From: a virus
Taxonomy: Duplodnaviria; Heunggongvirae; Uroviricota; Caudoviricetes
IMG/VR virus record: IMGVR_UViG_2595698871_000001
Coordinates: 173,443 to 223,720 of that record
Direction: 5' to 3' (one strand)
Length of the DNA: 50,278 nucleotides
Shown here: one piece after another, positions 1-8,712 of the stretch
How the letters are laid out: the number at the start of each line of letters is the position of its first letter
How positions within the stretch are numbered: position 1 is the first letter of the stretch
Notes under the pieces: model-generated
The model's database searches: none
Seen by the model: the letters and a program-made list of their open reading frames with translations, nothing else
What the model was told of the DNA's origin: nothing
Position numbers and translations under genes: made by a program

Positions 1-128
1 TCGACGCCGAGGACGAGGACCACGCCCGCGAACTGGTGGCTGAGTCTGGCTTCACCGGAAGCCACATCGTCAGCCACGACGCCGACCTTGACCCCGAGAT
101 CAAGCTCCACCTGGACGAGGAGAACTGA
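1..128 (+). CDS. partial hypothetical protein (3' end)
   Basis: Open frame from base 3 to TGA 126-128, abutting ATG 130. Confidence 0.5.
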   Translation, partial: DAEDEDHARELVAESGFTGSHIVSHDADLDPEIKLHLDEEN

Positions 129-129
129 C

Positions 130-636
130 ATGGCCGATTTCAGTGAGGCCCGGCGTGCGGTCGCGACCGAGGAACTGATCACGCGCCTGAAGGCCCTCAA
201 GGACCTGGAGGACGCCCGCGACATCCCGGACGAGGAGACCAAGTCGGCGCTGGCGGCGGCGATCCTGCGCCTTGGTGAGTACGAAGATGAGGTCCAAAGC
301 AACAAGGCCACGATCGCGCGCCTTATGGGAGCCATCCATGCCTGGAGGACGATGGTCACCCAGGACCAGGGCGCGCCCGACTTCAAGCGCGCCGCCGCCC
401 ATCTGCACGTCTTCTCCACCTTCTACGACCGCATGTGGGCGATCGTTCGCACCTTCGAGAAGGCCGTGGATGAGACGGGCCTGCTGAACAAGACTGGTCC
501 TGATCCGATCCGCCGGCTGATCTGGAAGTACATCCGCCACGATCTGGCCGGCGAACTGGGCTCGTCCATGCTCTGGTCGCACCGCAACGCCGTCGCCGCC
601 CTCAAGGGCCTGGAAGATGCGGAGCCGAAGGTTTGA
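130..636 (+). CDS. hypothetical protein
   Basis: ATG 130 (MADFSEARR) just after upstream stop; overlaps next gene by 4 nt. Confidence 0.7.
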   Translation: MADFSEARRAVATEELITRLKALKDLEDARDIPDEETKSALAAAILRLGEYEDEVQSNKATIARLMGAIHAWRTMVTQDQGAPDFKRAAAHLHVFSTFYDRMWAIVRTFEKAVDETGLLNKTGPDPIRRLIWKYIRHDLAGELGSSMLWSHRNAVAALKGLEDAEPKV

Positions 637-845
637 GCCGCCGCTACACCGGCCCGCGCTTCTGGGTCTCCGAGGACGGTCACGTCCACCAAATCCAGGA
701 CGGCGTCACCAACGTCGTCGCCACCCTCTCCGCCGACGAGATGAAACGGCTGCGCAAGTGCGGCTGGAACATTGGCTCGTCCACCCGCCGCTACGCCTAC
801 AACCCCGCCTCCATCCTCCGCAACGCCCTGGGAGCCGCCCGATGA
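633..845 (+). CDS. hypothetical protein
   Basis: TTGA overlap coupling with both neighbours. Confidence 0.65.
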   Translation: MSRRYTGPRFWVSEDGHVHQIQDGVTNVVATLSADEMKRLRKCGWNIGSSTRRYAYNPASILRNALGAAR

Positions 846-1399
846 TCGACCCGAAAGCCAAGCTCGCTGACCAAGTGGCCGGCCTCTTCGAAGATGCCGC
901 GCGCCTCGGCGTCGAGGTCCAGGAGCGTGGCGGCAGCAATCTCGCCGACCAGACCCTGGAGTTCATCGCCGACGCCAGGGCCATCATCGAGCGGCAACAG
1001 GCGCGGGTCGCCGAACTCGAACTGAGCCAGACGCGGCGCTTCCACACCGAGCGCGCCTATCTGCGGGTGATCCAGGAGTTCATCGCCGGCAAGGGCGATG
1101 CGGACCTCAAGCGGCTGAACGACGGAGTGGGCATGATCCAGGCCCAGGTCGAGTTCATCCAGAAGGACATCCAGCGGCTGGCGGACTATCTGCGCGCCCA
1201 GCCCAAGACCAAGGAGACCGCCGACCTGATCGACCACCTGGACTTCTACATCTTCCACGAGGTCTATCGTAAGGTCCACTACATCGAGCACCACGTTATC
1301 CGTGATGCCCGGCTGGCTCTTGTGGGACTCTCCGAAGCCAGCTTTAAGTCGGGCTTGGGCGAGCAGCCCGAACCCCCGACCAGCGAGGTCAAGCCATGA
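842..1399 (+). CDS. hypothetical protein, helical/coiled-coil
   Basis: ATGA overlap; start reassigned from 617 to 842 (MIDPKAK). Confidence 0.7.
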   Translation: MIDPKAKLADQVAGLFEDAARLGVEVQERGGSNLADQTLEFIADARAIIERQQARVAELELSQTRRFHTERAYLRVIQEFIAGKGDADLKRLNDGVGMIQAQVEFIQKDIQRLADYLRAQPKTKETADLIDHLDFYIFHEVYRKVHYIEHHVIRDARLALVGLSEASFKSGLGEQPEPPTSEVKP

Positions 1400-1623
1400 T
1401 CGACTACGTCTACCGCAAAGACCCGCGCGGCAGCGACTACGGCGCCCAGCGGATGGACCTGAGCGAAGCCCTGGCGGTGGTCGCCGCCGAGAAGCAGGAC
1501 TTCCTCATTCGCTTGGTCGAGGTCCTGCACGAGAACAACCTCCTGCGCGACGCCGACGTGCTGGAGTTGCTCGGCAAGGGCTGGGGCCTGGAGGCCTACG
1601 ACGTCCTGCACGTAGACGATTGA
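1396..1623 (+). CDS. hypothetical protein
   Basis: ATGA overlap; its stop overlaps the TTGACA promoter. Confidence 0.7.
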   Translation: MIDYVYRKDPRGSDYGAQRMDLSEALAVVAAEKQDFLIRLVEVLHENNLLRDADVLELLGKGWGLEAYDVLHVDD

Positions 1624-1677
1624 CAACACTCTCGCGCCAGCATAGAAGCCTTCTCGACGACAACGAAGGAGGCTTCC
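1620..1677 (+). promoter_or_regulatory. sigma70-type promoter, class A (operator in spacer) plus conserved leader and SD
   Basis: TTGACA 1620-1625, 17 bp, TAGAAG 1643; CAACAC-N6-GCCAG; CGACGACAAC 1655-1664; GGAGG. Confidence 0.8.
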
Positions 1678-2049
1678 GTGAAGCTCGCGACCCAAGACCG
1701 GACCGATCCCCGCCTGAACGCCGACTACCGCCTGATCAAGGCGGTCTTCTACTACGGCGGCCCGGCCGAGTACCCGATCCACCTGGACGAACGCTGGAGC
1801 GCGGTGACGCCGGCCCAGGTCGAGGACCAGATTTCGGTCCTCTGCCGCGACCTCGCCAAATGCTCGGGCAACACCCTGGCGCCGGCGACCTTCTACGAGC
1901 GCGCCAAGCTGAGCTTCGCCGAGGTGCCGCCGGTGTCCGACGAGTTCTGGGGCCTGATCTCCGAGACCACCAAGCAGAACATCCTCGCCCTGAAGGATCG
2001 CTTCACCGTCCACGGCAGCGGCTTCATGCTCTCGTGGGCCAAGGTCTGA
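1678..2049 (+). CDS. hypothetical protein
   Basis: GTG start after GGAGG. Confidence 0.75.
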   Translation: MKLATQDRTDPRLNADYRLIKAVFYYGGPAEYPIHLDERWSAVTPAQVEDQISVLCRDLAKCSGNTLAPATFYERAKLSFAEVPPVSDEFWGLISETTKQNILALKDRFTVHGSGFMLSWAKV

Positions 2050-2387
2050 TGTGCCATCTGGCTCACACCCAGGGATGCCGCGAGTGCCCTTTCAAGCGCA
2101 CCGCCGCGCCCGGCTGGCTCGGAGCCGACACCCCCGAGGGCTTCCTGCGCGCGACCATGTCGGGTAGCGTCCAGATGCCCTGCCACATGACCGTCGACTA
2201 CGACGCCGACGACTGGCGCGAGCAGGCGGCCGATGCGCCGTTCTGCGCCGGCGCGCTGATCTTCCTCAAGAACATCTGCAACCTGCCGCATGATCCGAAG
2301 ATCGTCGCGGCCCGCGCGCAGGTCGAACCCAACCGCGAGGACTACTTCGCCCGCCCGGACGAGTTCCTGGCCCATCACGGAGGCTGA
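2049..2387 (+). CDS. Cys/His-rich putative Zn-binding protein (DUF6283-like)
   Basis: CRECPF...GWLG...MPCH...FCAGAL; start ATG 2049 overlaps upstream TGA. Confidence 0.6.
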   Translation: MCHLAHTQGCRECPFKRTAAPGWLGADTPEGFLRATMSGSVQMPCHMTVDYDADDWREQAADAPFCAGALIFLKNICNLPHDPKIVAARAQVEPNREDYFARPDEFLAHHGG

Positions 2388-2388
2388 C

Positions 2389-2667
2389 ATGACCAAGCCC
2401 GCCCAGTACCGCGTCCGAGCCTTCACGCGCCGTCTGCCGCCCCAGCGCGGCTATCTCGACCACGACATCGTCCACATGCAGGTCCTGGAACTCAAGCGGT
2501 GGTTCGGCTGGCAGACCATCGACGAGGAGGTCGTGCCCGACCACGTCAAGATCAGCAGCGGCGCCCTGGGCGACACCGGCGGCTGGGTCTCGAAGTTCAC
2601 CAAGCTGGGGACCTTCGGCCGCGACGGCGTCTTCACCCTGCACCCGCACGTGGAGGCCAAGCTCTGA
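2389..2667 (+). CDS. hypothetical protein
   Basis: GGAGG then ATG 2389. Confidence 0.7.
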   Translation: MTKPAQYRVRAFTRRLPPQRGYLDHDIVHMQVLELKRWFGWQTIDEEVVPDHVKISSGALGDTGGWVSKFTKLGTFGRDGVFTLHPHVEAKL

Positions 2668-3089
2668 TGCGCCTGTTCCTGATCATCCTGGCGACCATCC
2701 TGTGGCTGGGCGACACCGCCCGCGCCCAGTCCTTCCGCCTGTCCCAGCCGCTCAACTACGGCAGCGACCTCCACTACACCGAGACGCGCGACGCCTCGGC
2801 CTCACGTGATCCGCTCAAGCGGGTGATCGCCGACCTGTCGCGCTCGCCGACGGTGACGATCGAGCGGGCCTGGACCTATGCCGAACTCGCCGGCGCCCAG
2901 ACCACCTGCGGCGAGATCATCCTCAACGGCCGCCACCAGAAGTTCGTCCTCCAGCAGGGGCCGAAGACCGCCGTGATCGGCCCCGCCATGCCCACCGAGT
3001 TCTGGAGCCTGGATGTCCAGGACTACCAGTTCCGCAACGCCGGGTGCCTGCGCGACCGCGCCGCCCAGATCATCCCGCCGAGGTTCTGA
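2667..3089 (+). CDS. putative secreted protein
   Basis: MRLFLIILATILWLGDTARA|QS resembles a Sec signal peptide with A-X-A site. Confidence 0.65.
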   Translation: MRLFLIILATILWLGDTARAQSFRLSQPLNYGSDLHYTETRDASASRDPLKRVIADLSRSPTVTIERAWTYAELAGAQTTCGEIILNGRHQKFVLQQGPKTAVIGPAMPTEFWSLDVQDYQFRNAGCLRDRAAQIIPPRF

Positions 3090-3412
3090 TGCCGATCGAG
3101 GTCCCCTGGAGCCCCCAGGACGCCGAACTGTGGTTCGGCTATGCCATGACCACCAGCGCGGGCCTATGGTTCCTGATCGGGCTGTTCTTCGCCGTCAAAG
3201 ACTATGACAAGTGGAGGAGCGGCATTGAGGGGCCGGTCAGCCGCGCGATCTACGCCATCGTGGTGGTGATCGCCGGCACGGGTTTCGGGATGCTGTTCTT
3301 TCTCCCCCTTCTCGCCATGGCCCTGACCGCCCTCGCCCTGGGCGGCCCGATCCTCCTCCTGGTCTGGAGCCTTCGTTCTCTTGGCCGTCTTGTGTTGACA
3401 AAGGCAGGTTAG
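3089..3412 (+). CDS. putative membrane protein
   Basis: Two to three hydrophobic segments; TGATG coupling. Confidence 0.65.
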   Translation: MPIEVPWSPQDAELWFGYAMTTSAGLWFLIGLFFAVKDYDKWRSGIEGPVSRAIYAIVVVIAGTGFGMLFFLPLLAMALTALALGGPILLLVWSLRSLGRLVLTKAG

Positions 3413-3451
3413 CCGGCCTAGAACGTCATCGACGACAACAAAGGAGGCCCC
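3381..3451 (+). promoter_or_regulatory. sigma70-type promoter, class B (inverted operator upstream of -35)
   Basis: TTGGC-N6-GTGTTG 3381-3397; TTGACA 3395-3400, 18 bp, TAGAAC; CGACGACAAC 3430-3439; GGAGG. Confidence 0.8.
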
Positions 3452-3808
3452 ATGCCGCTGTATGATTTCCCGACCGGCCCGACCACGATGGAAGACGTCG
3501 AAGCGTTCGTCGCCGGCGCCCAGGCGGTGGTCAACGCCCAGATGGCGAAGACCTTCCCGAACGTGAGCCCGCCGGTCCTGACGATCGAGCCGGTGCGCGC
3601 CAACAGCCAGTTCGCCAAGATCGTGGCGAGCGACCGCGCCCAGCGCTCGGTCTGGGCGTTCGTGCGCCTGGAGAACGGCCTGATCTACAAGCCTTCCTCG
3701 TGGAAGGTCCCGGCCAAGCACGCGCGCGGCACCATCCACTCCGCTGGCCACGGCGCCGAGTACGTCGACTGGACCGGCCCGCGCTACATCAGGGACATGC
3801 GCCCGTGA
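3452..3808 (+). CDS. conserved phage protein of unknown function
   Basis: SVWAFV...G.IYKPSSWKVPAK..RG motif typical of a widespread phage family (recognised by eye). Confidence 0.75.
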   Translation: MPLYDFPTGPTTMEDVEAFVAGAQAVVNAQMAKTFPNVSPPVLTIEPVRANSQFAKIVASDRAQRSVWAFVRLENGLIYKPSSWKVPAKHARGTIHSAGHGAEYVDWTGPRYIRDMRP

Positions 3809-4065
3809 GCACCTTCTCCGTTCTCCTGTCGCTTTACGACGAGCGTCGGCTCTACGTGGTCGAGGCGCAAAACGCGATCAACGCCGTGGCCTATGCCAAG
3901 CGGATTGCGGCGGCGCATGACGACGCGGGCTCCAATTGGCAGTTGGAAGTCGCCTTCCACGGCGCGTCCAATCTCGCCATGGCGGGCTCGGGCCTCAAGG
4001 CCATCGACCTGCGCGCGACCGCTCACGAGACCGTTCCGCACGCTCAGCGTGGAGGTGGCTGCTGA
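3805..4065 (+). CDS. hypothetical protein
   Basis: GTGA overlap. Confidence 0.55.
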   Translation: MSTFSVLLSLYDERRLYVVEAQNAINAVAYAKRIAAAHDDAGSNWQLEVAFHGASNLAMAGSGLKAIDLRATAHETVPHAQRGGGC

Positions 4066-4607
4066 TGCCTGACCTGATCGACGCCCGCGCCATCAATGTC
4101 GACCCCTTCGCGATCGTCACCGATCGCCTGGAGGGCTCGATCACCCTGGTGCGGCTGGCCGAGGCCGGCCGCTACCGCCACGGCGGCGCGCTCCTCTACT
4201 TCCGGGGTCGCCAGATCGACACGGGTCTGAAGGGCGTCTCCTACGTCTACGATGACGAGACCAACGCCAGCCACCTCGAATACTGGGGCGGCTACGAGGA
4301 TCGCATCCTCGCGCGCTTCGCCTCCAAGGACGACGCCGTGAAGGCCCTGCACGATGGGCTGGCGGCGCGCGCCGAGGTCGACATCCTGGTCAAGCAGGCC
4401 CAGGCCATGCTCCAGGCCCTGACCGACCTGCGCGACCGGCGGTTCAAGGAGACCGTCCAGGCCCAGGAACGCGACGGCGTCCAGCGCGATGGCTGCGAGG
4501 TCTGCAACGGCTCGCGCGGTGGTGTGCCCGGCAACGAGAACGTCGTCGACGGCAAGGTGGTCTGCGACTACTGCCACGTCGACATCATGGACGCGAGGAA
4601 GGGCTGA
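4065..4607 (+). CDS. hypothetical protein with C-terminal CxxC...CxxC Zn finger
   Basis: CEVC...CDYC; TGATG coupling. Confidence 0.7.
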   Translation: MPDLIDARAINVDPFAIVTDRLEGSITLVRLAEAGRYRHGGALLYFRGRQIDTGLKGVSYVYDDETNASHLEYWGGYEDRILARFASKDDAVKALHDGLAARAEVDILVKQAQAMLQALTDLRDRRFKETVQAQERDGVQRDGCEVCNGSRGGVPGNENVVDGKVVCDYCHVDIMDARKG

Positions 4608-4828
4608 TGGGCTCCTACACCTACTGCCCCAACCGCACGTGCGGCGCCGGCCTCGGGCCGCCCTCGATCCGTGAGGTCGTGGAGAACGAGCGCAAGTGCC
4701 CGCACTGCGGCGGCGACGTGCCGGTCTACGACTCCCTGGCCGACGTGCTGGAGCGCATGGAGGGCAAGATCGAGGAACTCCAGGAGGAGGTCCGCGTGCT
4801 GCGCGAAGGAGACGACCTTGGGTCTTAG
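4607..4828 (+). CDS. small Zn-ribbon plus coiled-coil protein
   Basis: CPNRTC...CPHC, then heptad LERMEGKIEELQEEV. Confidence 0.7.
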   Translation: MGSYTYCPNRTCGAGLGPPSIREVVENERKCPHCGGDVPVYDSLADVLERMEGKIEELQEEVRVLREGDDLGS

Positions 4829-5174
4829 AAAAATCCCGCCCGCCCATTCGTGGTTCTCGGCGATGGCCTTCCGGACGACGTTCAAGAAGCCGAGCCACGA
4901 AGAGCGTCTCAAGCGCCTTCAGGCGGTCCAGGCCGCCCGGCTCTCGGGCTCTGAACTGCGCGACCCGCTGATGAAGAAGCTGGTGCGCGATGGTCTCGTG
5001 CGCCTGCACCGGCCGGCCAACGCCGAGTTCTACAGGCAGTCCAAGGGCGGCTTCATGAAGCGCACCCAGGCCTTCCTTACGCCGGCCGGCGAAGCCTATC
5101 TGGCAGACCCGGCGCATCATCCCGTTCCGAAGTCGGAGCGCACCGAGAAAGCCAAAGGGGTTCGGGGCAAATGA
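4818..5174 (+). CDS. hypothetical protein, possible winged helix
   Basis: TTG start after GGAG; MKKLVRDGLV...LTPAGEAYL. Confidence 0.55.
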   Translation: MGLRKIPPAHSWFSAMAFRTTFKKPSHEERLKRLQAVQAARLSGSELRDPLMKKLVRDGLVRLHRPANAEFYRQSKGGFMKRTQAFLTPAGEAYLADPAHHPVPKSERTEKAKGVRGK

Positions 5175-5620
5175 TAAACTGGAAGGACCCCTTCGGCTTC
5201 GAAGCCCGCCGCCTCGCGCGTGAAGCGCTCTGGGAAGAGCAGGCCAAGGAAACGCGGGCGCGCAACCTCAAGCGCGCCCAAGAAACCGGCACGCACTGCA
5301 TCAAGCAGGTCGCCGCCGATCGGTTCTTCGTGCTGCTGCGCGACACGAACGGGCGGTATCGGGCGATCCAGCGGGACGGCAAGGTCGCGGGGCAGTACCC
5401 CTGCAACGCCCACGTCATCCGCACCCTGGAGCAGGCCAAGGACTTCGGGCGCATCGCTGAGCGCAACTTCCGCGAGGAGGTGGCCGAGGAGGTCGAGCGC
5501 CTGACCAGCCACGAGAACTTCTACCACCCGACCGAGTACGAGCCCGTGCCGGCCAAGGAGGCGCGCGCCGAGGACATCGTCTTCGTCGAGGCGGTCTCCA
5601 CGTGCTGGAGTCGCCGCTGA
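5171..5620 (+). CDS. hypothetical protein
   Basis: ATGA overlap. Confidence 0.65.
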   Translation: MINWKDPFGFEARRLAREALWEEQAKETRARNLKRAQETGTHCIKQVAADRFFVLLRDTNGRYRAIQRDGKVAGQYPCNAHVIRTLEQAKDFGRIAERNFREEVAEEVERLTSHENFYHPTEYEPVPAKEARAEDIVFVEAVSTCWSRR

Positions 5621-5817
5621 TGGAGACCCGCGCAGACGCCGTCCAGGCCGTTGCCAAGGCCCTCTACGAGCGTCAGTGGGCGCGCGGCGGGCAAGTCGTC
5701 CCGCCGCCTTGGGAGACCTTGCCGCCTCGGTTCAAGACGCCGTTCCTGGAGACGGCCGAGCTTTGCGTCGACATCATCATCGAACACGTCAGGAACACCA
5801 GCCATGAACCGTCGTAA
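5620..5817 (+). CDS. hypothetical protein
   Basis: TGATG coupling. Confidence 0.6.
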   Translation: METRADAVQAVAKALYERQWARGGQVVPPPWETLPPRFKTPFLETAELCVDIIIEHVRNTSHEPS

Positions 5818-6445
5818 TCTCCTGCTGGGCGCCGGCGCGGCCGTCATCGCCGCCGGGGTCGCCCAGGCCAAACCGGTTCACGTGTCGGAGGTCAAGCCGA
5901 CGACCTACACGTGGTACTCCAGCTACGAGACGGGCATCCGCCAGCGCGACACCCACGACACCCGCTACACGATCCGCTGGGAGCAGGGCGCCATGCAGCA
6001 CCCGCACGCTGACATCGTGCGCAAGTGGGTCCGCGAGACCATCGACAGCGGCTACCTCTACTGCTTCGGCGACATCCACTGGATGGATCGCAAGGTCCGC
6101 CTGGAAGACGTCCACATCGTCATCCGGCCGGGCAAGAAGGTCTGGAACCACGTCACCGGCTACACCGACGAGGAGGGTCTCCAGATCGAGGTCAACGAGG
6201 CTGGTGCGGTCTTCGCGCCGTTCGGCCTCGCCTCGACCCATGGCCTGACCTACGTCCGCGAGTCGATGCGCGACACCTATTATGTCCGCAAGCCGTACCT
6301 GCGCTACGACGAGGAGCGCGAGCTTCGCTTCGCCCTGGGCGACGACCCGCAAGGCTACCGCGCGCCGAACTCCAAGGTCGGCTTTGACGACCGGATGTGG
6401 ACCGAGGTCCTGAAGGACCTGGAAGCCAAGAAGGCCCAGGCCTGA
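5804..6445 (+). CDS. putative Tat-exported protein
   Basis: MNRRNLLLGAGAAVIAAGVAQA|K: twin-arginine motif, h-region, AxA site. Confidence 0.7.
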   Translation: MNRRNLLLGAGAAVIAAGVAQAKPVHVSEVKPTTYTWYSSYETGIRQRDTHDTRYTIRWEQGAMQHPHADIVRKWVRETIDSGYLYCFGDIHWMDRKVRLEDVHIVIRPGKKVWNHVTGYTDEEGLQIEVNEAGAVFAPFGLASTHGLTYVRESMRDTYYVRKPYLRYDEERELRFALGDDPQGYRAPNSKVGFDDRMWTEVLKDLEAKKAQA

Positions 6446-6942
6446 TGATCCGCTCCCGCAACGAGCCGCCCGAGGTCACCTCCGGCAAGATGCAGGAGCG
6501 GTGGGCCGCCCAGAGAGCGAGCATCCATGGGATGCTCTGCCTACCGCACACCCTGAACGCCAACTGGCAGCAGGTCAGCGCGATGATCTGGGCGCACTGC
6601 GACGGGCGGGTGGTCGGCGAGTGGCAGGACCGCCCGGTGCCGGGTTGGACAGCCGAGCATATCCAGGCGCCGTTCGACATCTGCATGGTTCAGGACCCGA
6701 ACGCCAAGACCCTCCAGGACGCCGATCTGGCGCTGCGGATGATCACCACCCTCCTGCCCGACGCGGCCCTTGAGATCAAGAAGTGCAAGGGGCGTGACGG
6801 CGAGTGGGAGACGCTGATCGACACCCGTTGCGCCCAGGTCGCCAAGCATCGGGGGATGATCTGGGGCTTTGGCCCCGGCATCGCCCTGGCGACGTGGCGC
6901 GCCTACTTCAGCTACCTCCAGAAGGAGCCCACCTATGACTGA
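6445..6942 (+). CDS. hypothetical protein
   Basis: TGATG coupling. Confidence 0.65.
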   Translation: MIRSRNEPPEVTSGKMQERWAAQRASIHGMLCLPHTLNANWQQVSAMIWAHCDGRVVGEWQDRPVPGWTAEHIQAPFDICMVQDPNAKTLQDADLALRMITTLLPDAALEIKKCKGRDGEWETLIDTRCAQVAKHRGMIWGFGPGIALATWRAYFSYLQKEPTYD

Positions 6943-7156
6943 CATCTTCGACGAGGTCGAGCGGCGGCTGAACCGCAAGCGTCCGACCTTCTGGCTTCAC
7001 CGGATCGCGATCGTGATCATCGTCGTCATCGGCCTGCTGGTCGTCGCCGGCGCCGCCATCCAGGTCTTCAATCCGACCCTGGCGACCCAGTGGCAAGCTC
7101 GTCAGGACGCGGCCTACGACCGCGCCTACGAGGAAGCCCGGCGGCGGGGCGAGTAA
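6935..7156 (+). CDS. single-pass membrane protein
   Basis: IAIVIIVVIGLLVVAGAAIQVF; GGAG SD. Confidence 0.7.
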   Translation: MTDIFDEVERRLNRKRPTFWLHRIAIVIIVVIGLLVVAGAAIQVFNPTLATQWQARQDAAYDRAYEEARRRGE

Positions 7157-7638
7157 TGGCCGGCCCGCAGTACAACTGGGAGCCGGCTTCGACCGCCGAC
7201 GGCGTCAAGCTGACCGAGCACGTGATCCGGGGCGAGATCGTCCCGATCTGCGTCGGCGCGTCGCTGCACGCGATCGAGATGCACGCCATCATGGGCGAGC
7301 GGCTCTACCGGGCCTTTGGGACCATGTCCGGCGACGCCGACTGGACCCAGGCCGAGATCGGCACGCCCCAGGCCCATCCGCTCGACGGTAAGGACCTCAA
7401 CGCCCTGGACTACCACACCAGGGTCCGCGAGGAGTACCGCCGCGACATCGCCACGGCCGGCGGCCGGCATCTGATGATCTGCCGCAAGACCGACGATCTC
7501 CAGGAACTGCTCGCCCTGATCCCGATGGACCTGCGACGGCGTCACGAGATGGCCAACCTGATCACCCTGGTGGCGCGGATGCTGCTCATCGAAAACACCG
7601 CGCGCACCCTCTCCGACTCCAGCCTGAAGCGCTTCTGA
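7156..7638 (+). CDS. hypothetical protein
   Basis: TAATG coupling. Confidence 0.65.
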   Translation: MAGPQYNWEPASTADGVKLTEHVIRGEIVPICVGASLHAIEMHAIMGERLYRAFGTMSGDADWTQAEIGTPQAHPLDGKDLNALDYHTRVREEYRRDIATAGGRHLMICRKTDDLQELLALIPMDLRRRHEMANLITLVARMLLIENTARTLSDSSLKRF

Positions 7639-7639
7639 C

Positions 7640-8182
7640 ATGACCTCCCACCGCCTCGACTTCACCAGCAACGATCTTTGGCCGCCCAAGGTCGACTACG
7701 AGATGAAGAAGCTGCGCTACGACACTGCGCTCGACGCGCTGGAGATCGTCCATCCCAAGAACCGCCTGGGCAACCGGGTCGACGTCTCCCACATCTGCTC
7801 CTACCTGATGAACGGGCGCGTCAAGGGCATCCTCGACCACATCGCCAGCACCGGCGTCGAGGACCCGCGCGAGCAGACCTTCAAAATCCTGCGCATCCTG
7901 GAAAACCGGGGCATGATCGCCAACAGCGGGGGCGACTGGACGCTGACCGCGACCGGCGCGATTTGGCATCTGGTGGCGGACAACCACCCCTCGGGCTGGG
8001 CCGAGCAACAGGCCCTGCTCTACGACATCCGCCTGCAATGGTGGGCGGGACACGAGATCGTCGCGGCCATCAAGGAGACGCCGTACTTCCAGATGCGGCC
8101 CAAGCACGGCGCCGTGCCGACCATCGCCTTCGACCTCTCGGCCCTGCAACAACCGCTCGACGGGTGGAACGGATGGCGCTGA
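7640..8182 (+). CDS. hypothetical protein, possible winged helix
   Basis: ILRILENRGMIANSGGDWTLTATG. Confidence 0.65.
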   Translation: MTSHRLDFTSNDLWPPKVDYEMKKLRYDTALDALEIVHPKNRLGNRVDVSHICSYLMNGRVKGILDHIASTGVEDPREQTFKILRILENRGMIANSGGDWTLTATGAIWHLVADNHPSGWAEQQALLYDIRLQWWAGHEIVAAIKETPYFQMRPKHGAVPTIAFDLSALQQPLDGWNGWR

Positions 8183-8712
8183 GCGAGGAGGCCTGGGACA
8201 GCCTGATCCTCGACCTGCGCAACGCCGTCGAGGCCGAGGACCGCGAGGCCTGGGACGAGGCGATCCAGGCCCTGGAGAACGCCTTCGACGAGCATGTCGA
8301 CGGCCCGCTGGAGACCCACCCCAACACCCTGGCCTGGAAGAAGAGCGCCGACGAACGCAAGCGCTTCCTGGCGGGCTGGTCGTACTGGGGTAGCGGCGCC
8401 CGCGATGTGCCAGCCGAGTACAAGGGCGACATGGTCTTCAACCGGGGCCGCAGCGCCGCCGCCACCGCCCAGGACATGAGCGGCCTGCACCGGACCCTGG
8501 CGTCCTGCAAGCATCCGCAGTCCTACCGGATCGAAGGCGGCGACAATCTCCACCTGCCGCGCTACCCGGCGGTCTATGGCTCCTACGAGGTCCACATCTG
8601 CCGCCTCTGTCGCGGGTGGAAGACGATCGGCCACGGCGAGCGCCAATGGCACGAGGGGCCGTATTTCGACGCCTACGAGAAGGCGATGCGTGAGGAAGAG
8701 GAGCGCTGCTGA
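8173..8712 (+). CDS. hypothetical protein with C-terminal Cys/His cluster
   Basis: ATG 8173; SCKH...HICRLCRGW. Confidence 0.65.
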   Translation: MALSEEAWDSLILDLRNAVEAEDREAWDEAIQALENAFDEHVDGPLETHPNTLAWKKSADERKRFLAGWSYWGSGARDVPAEYKGDMVFNRGRSAAATAQDMSGLHRTLASCKHPQSYRIEGGDNLHLPRYPAVYGSYEVHICRLCRGWKTIGHGERQWHEGPYFDAYEKAMREEEERC

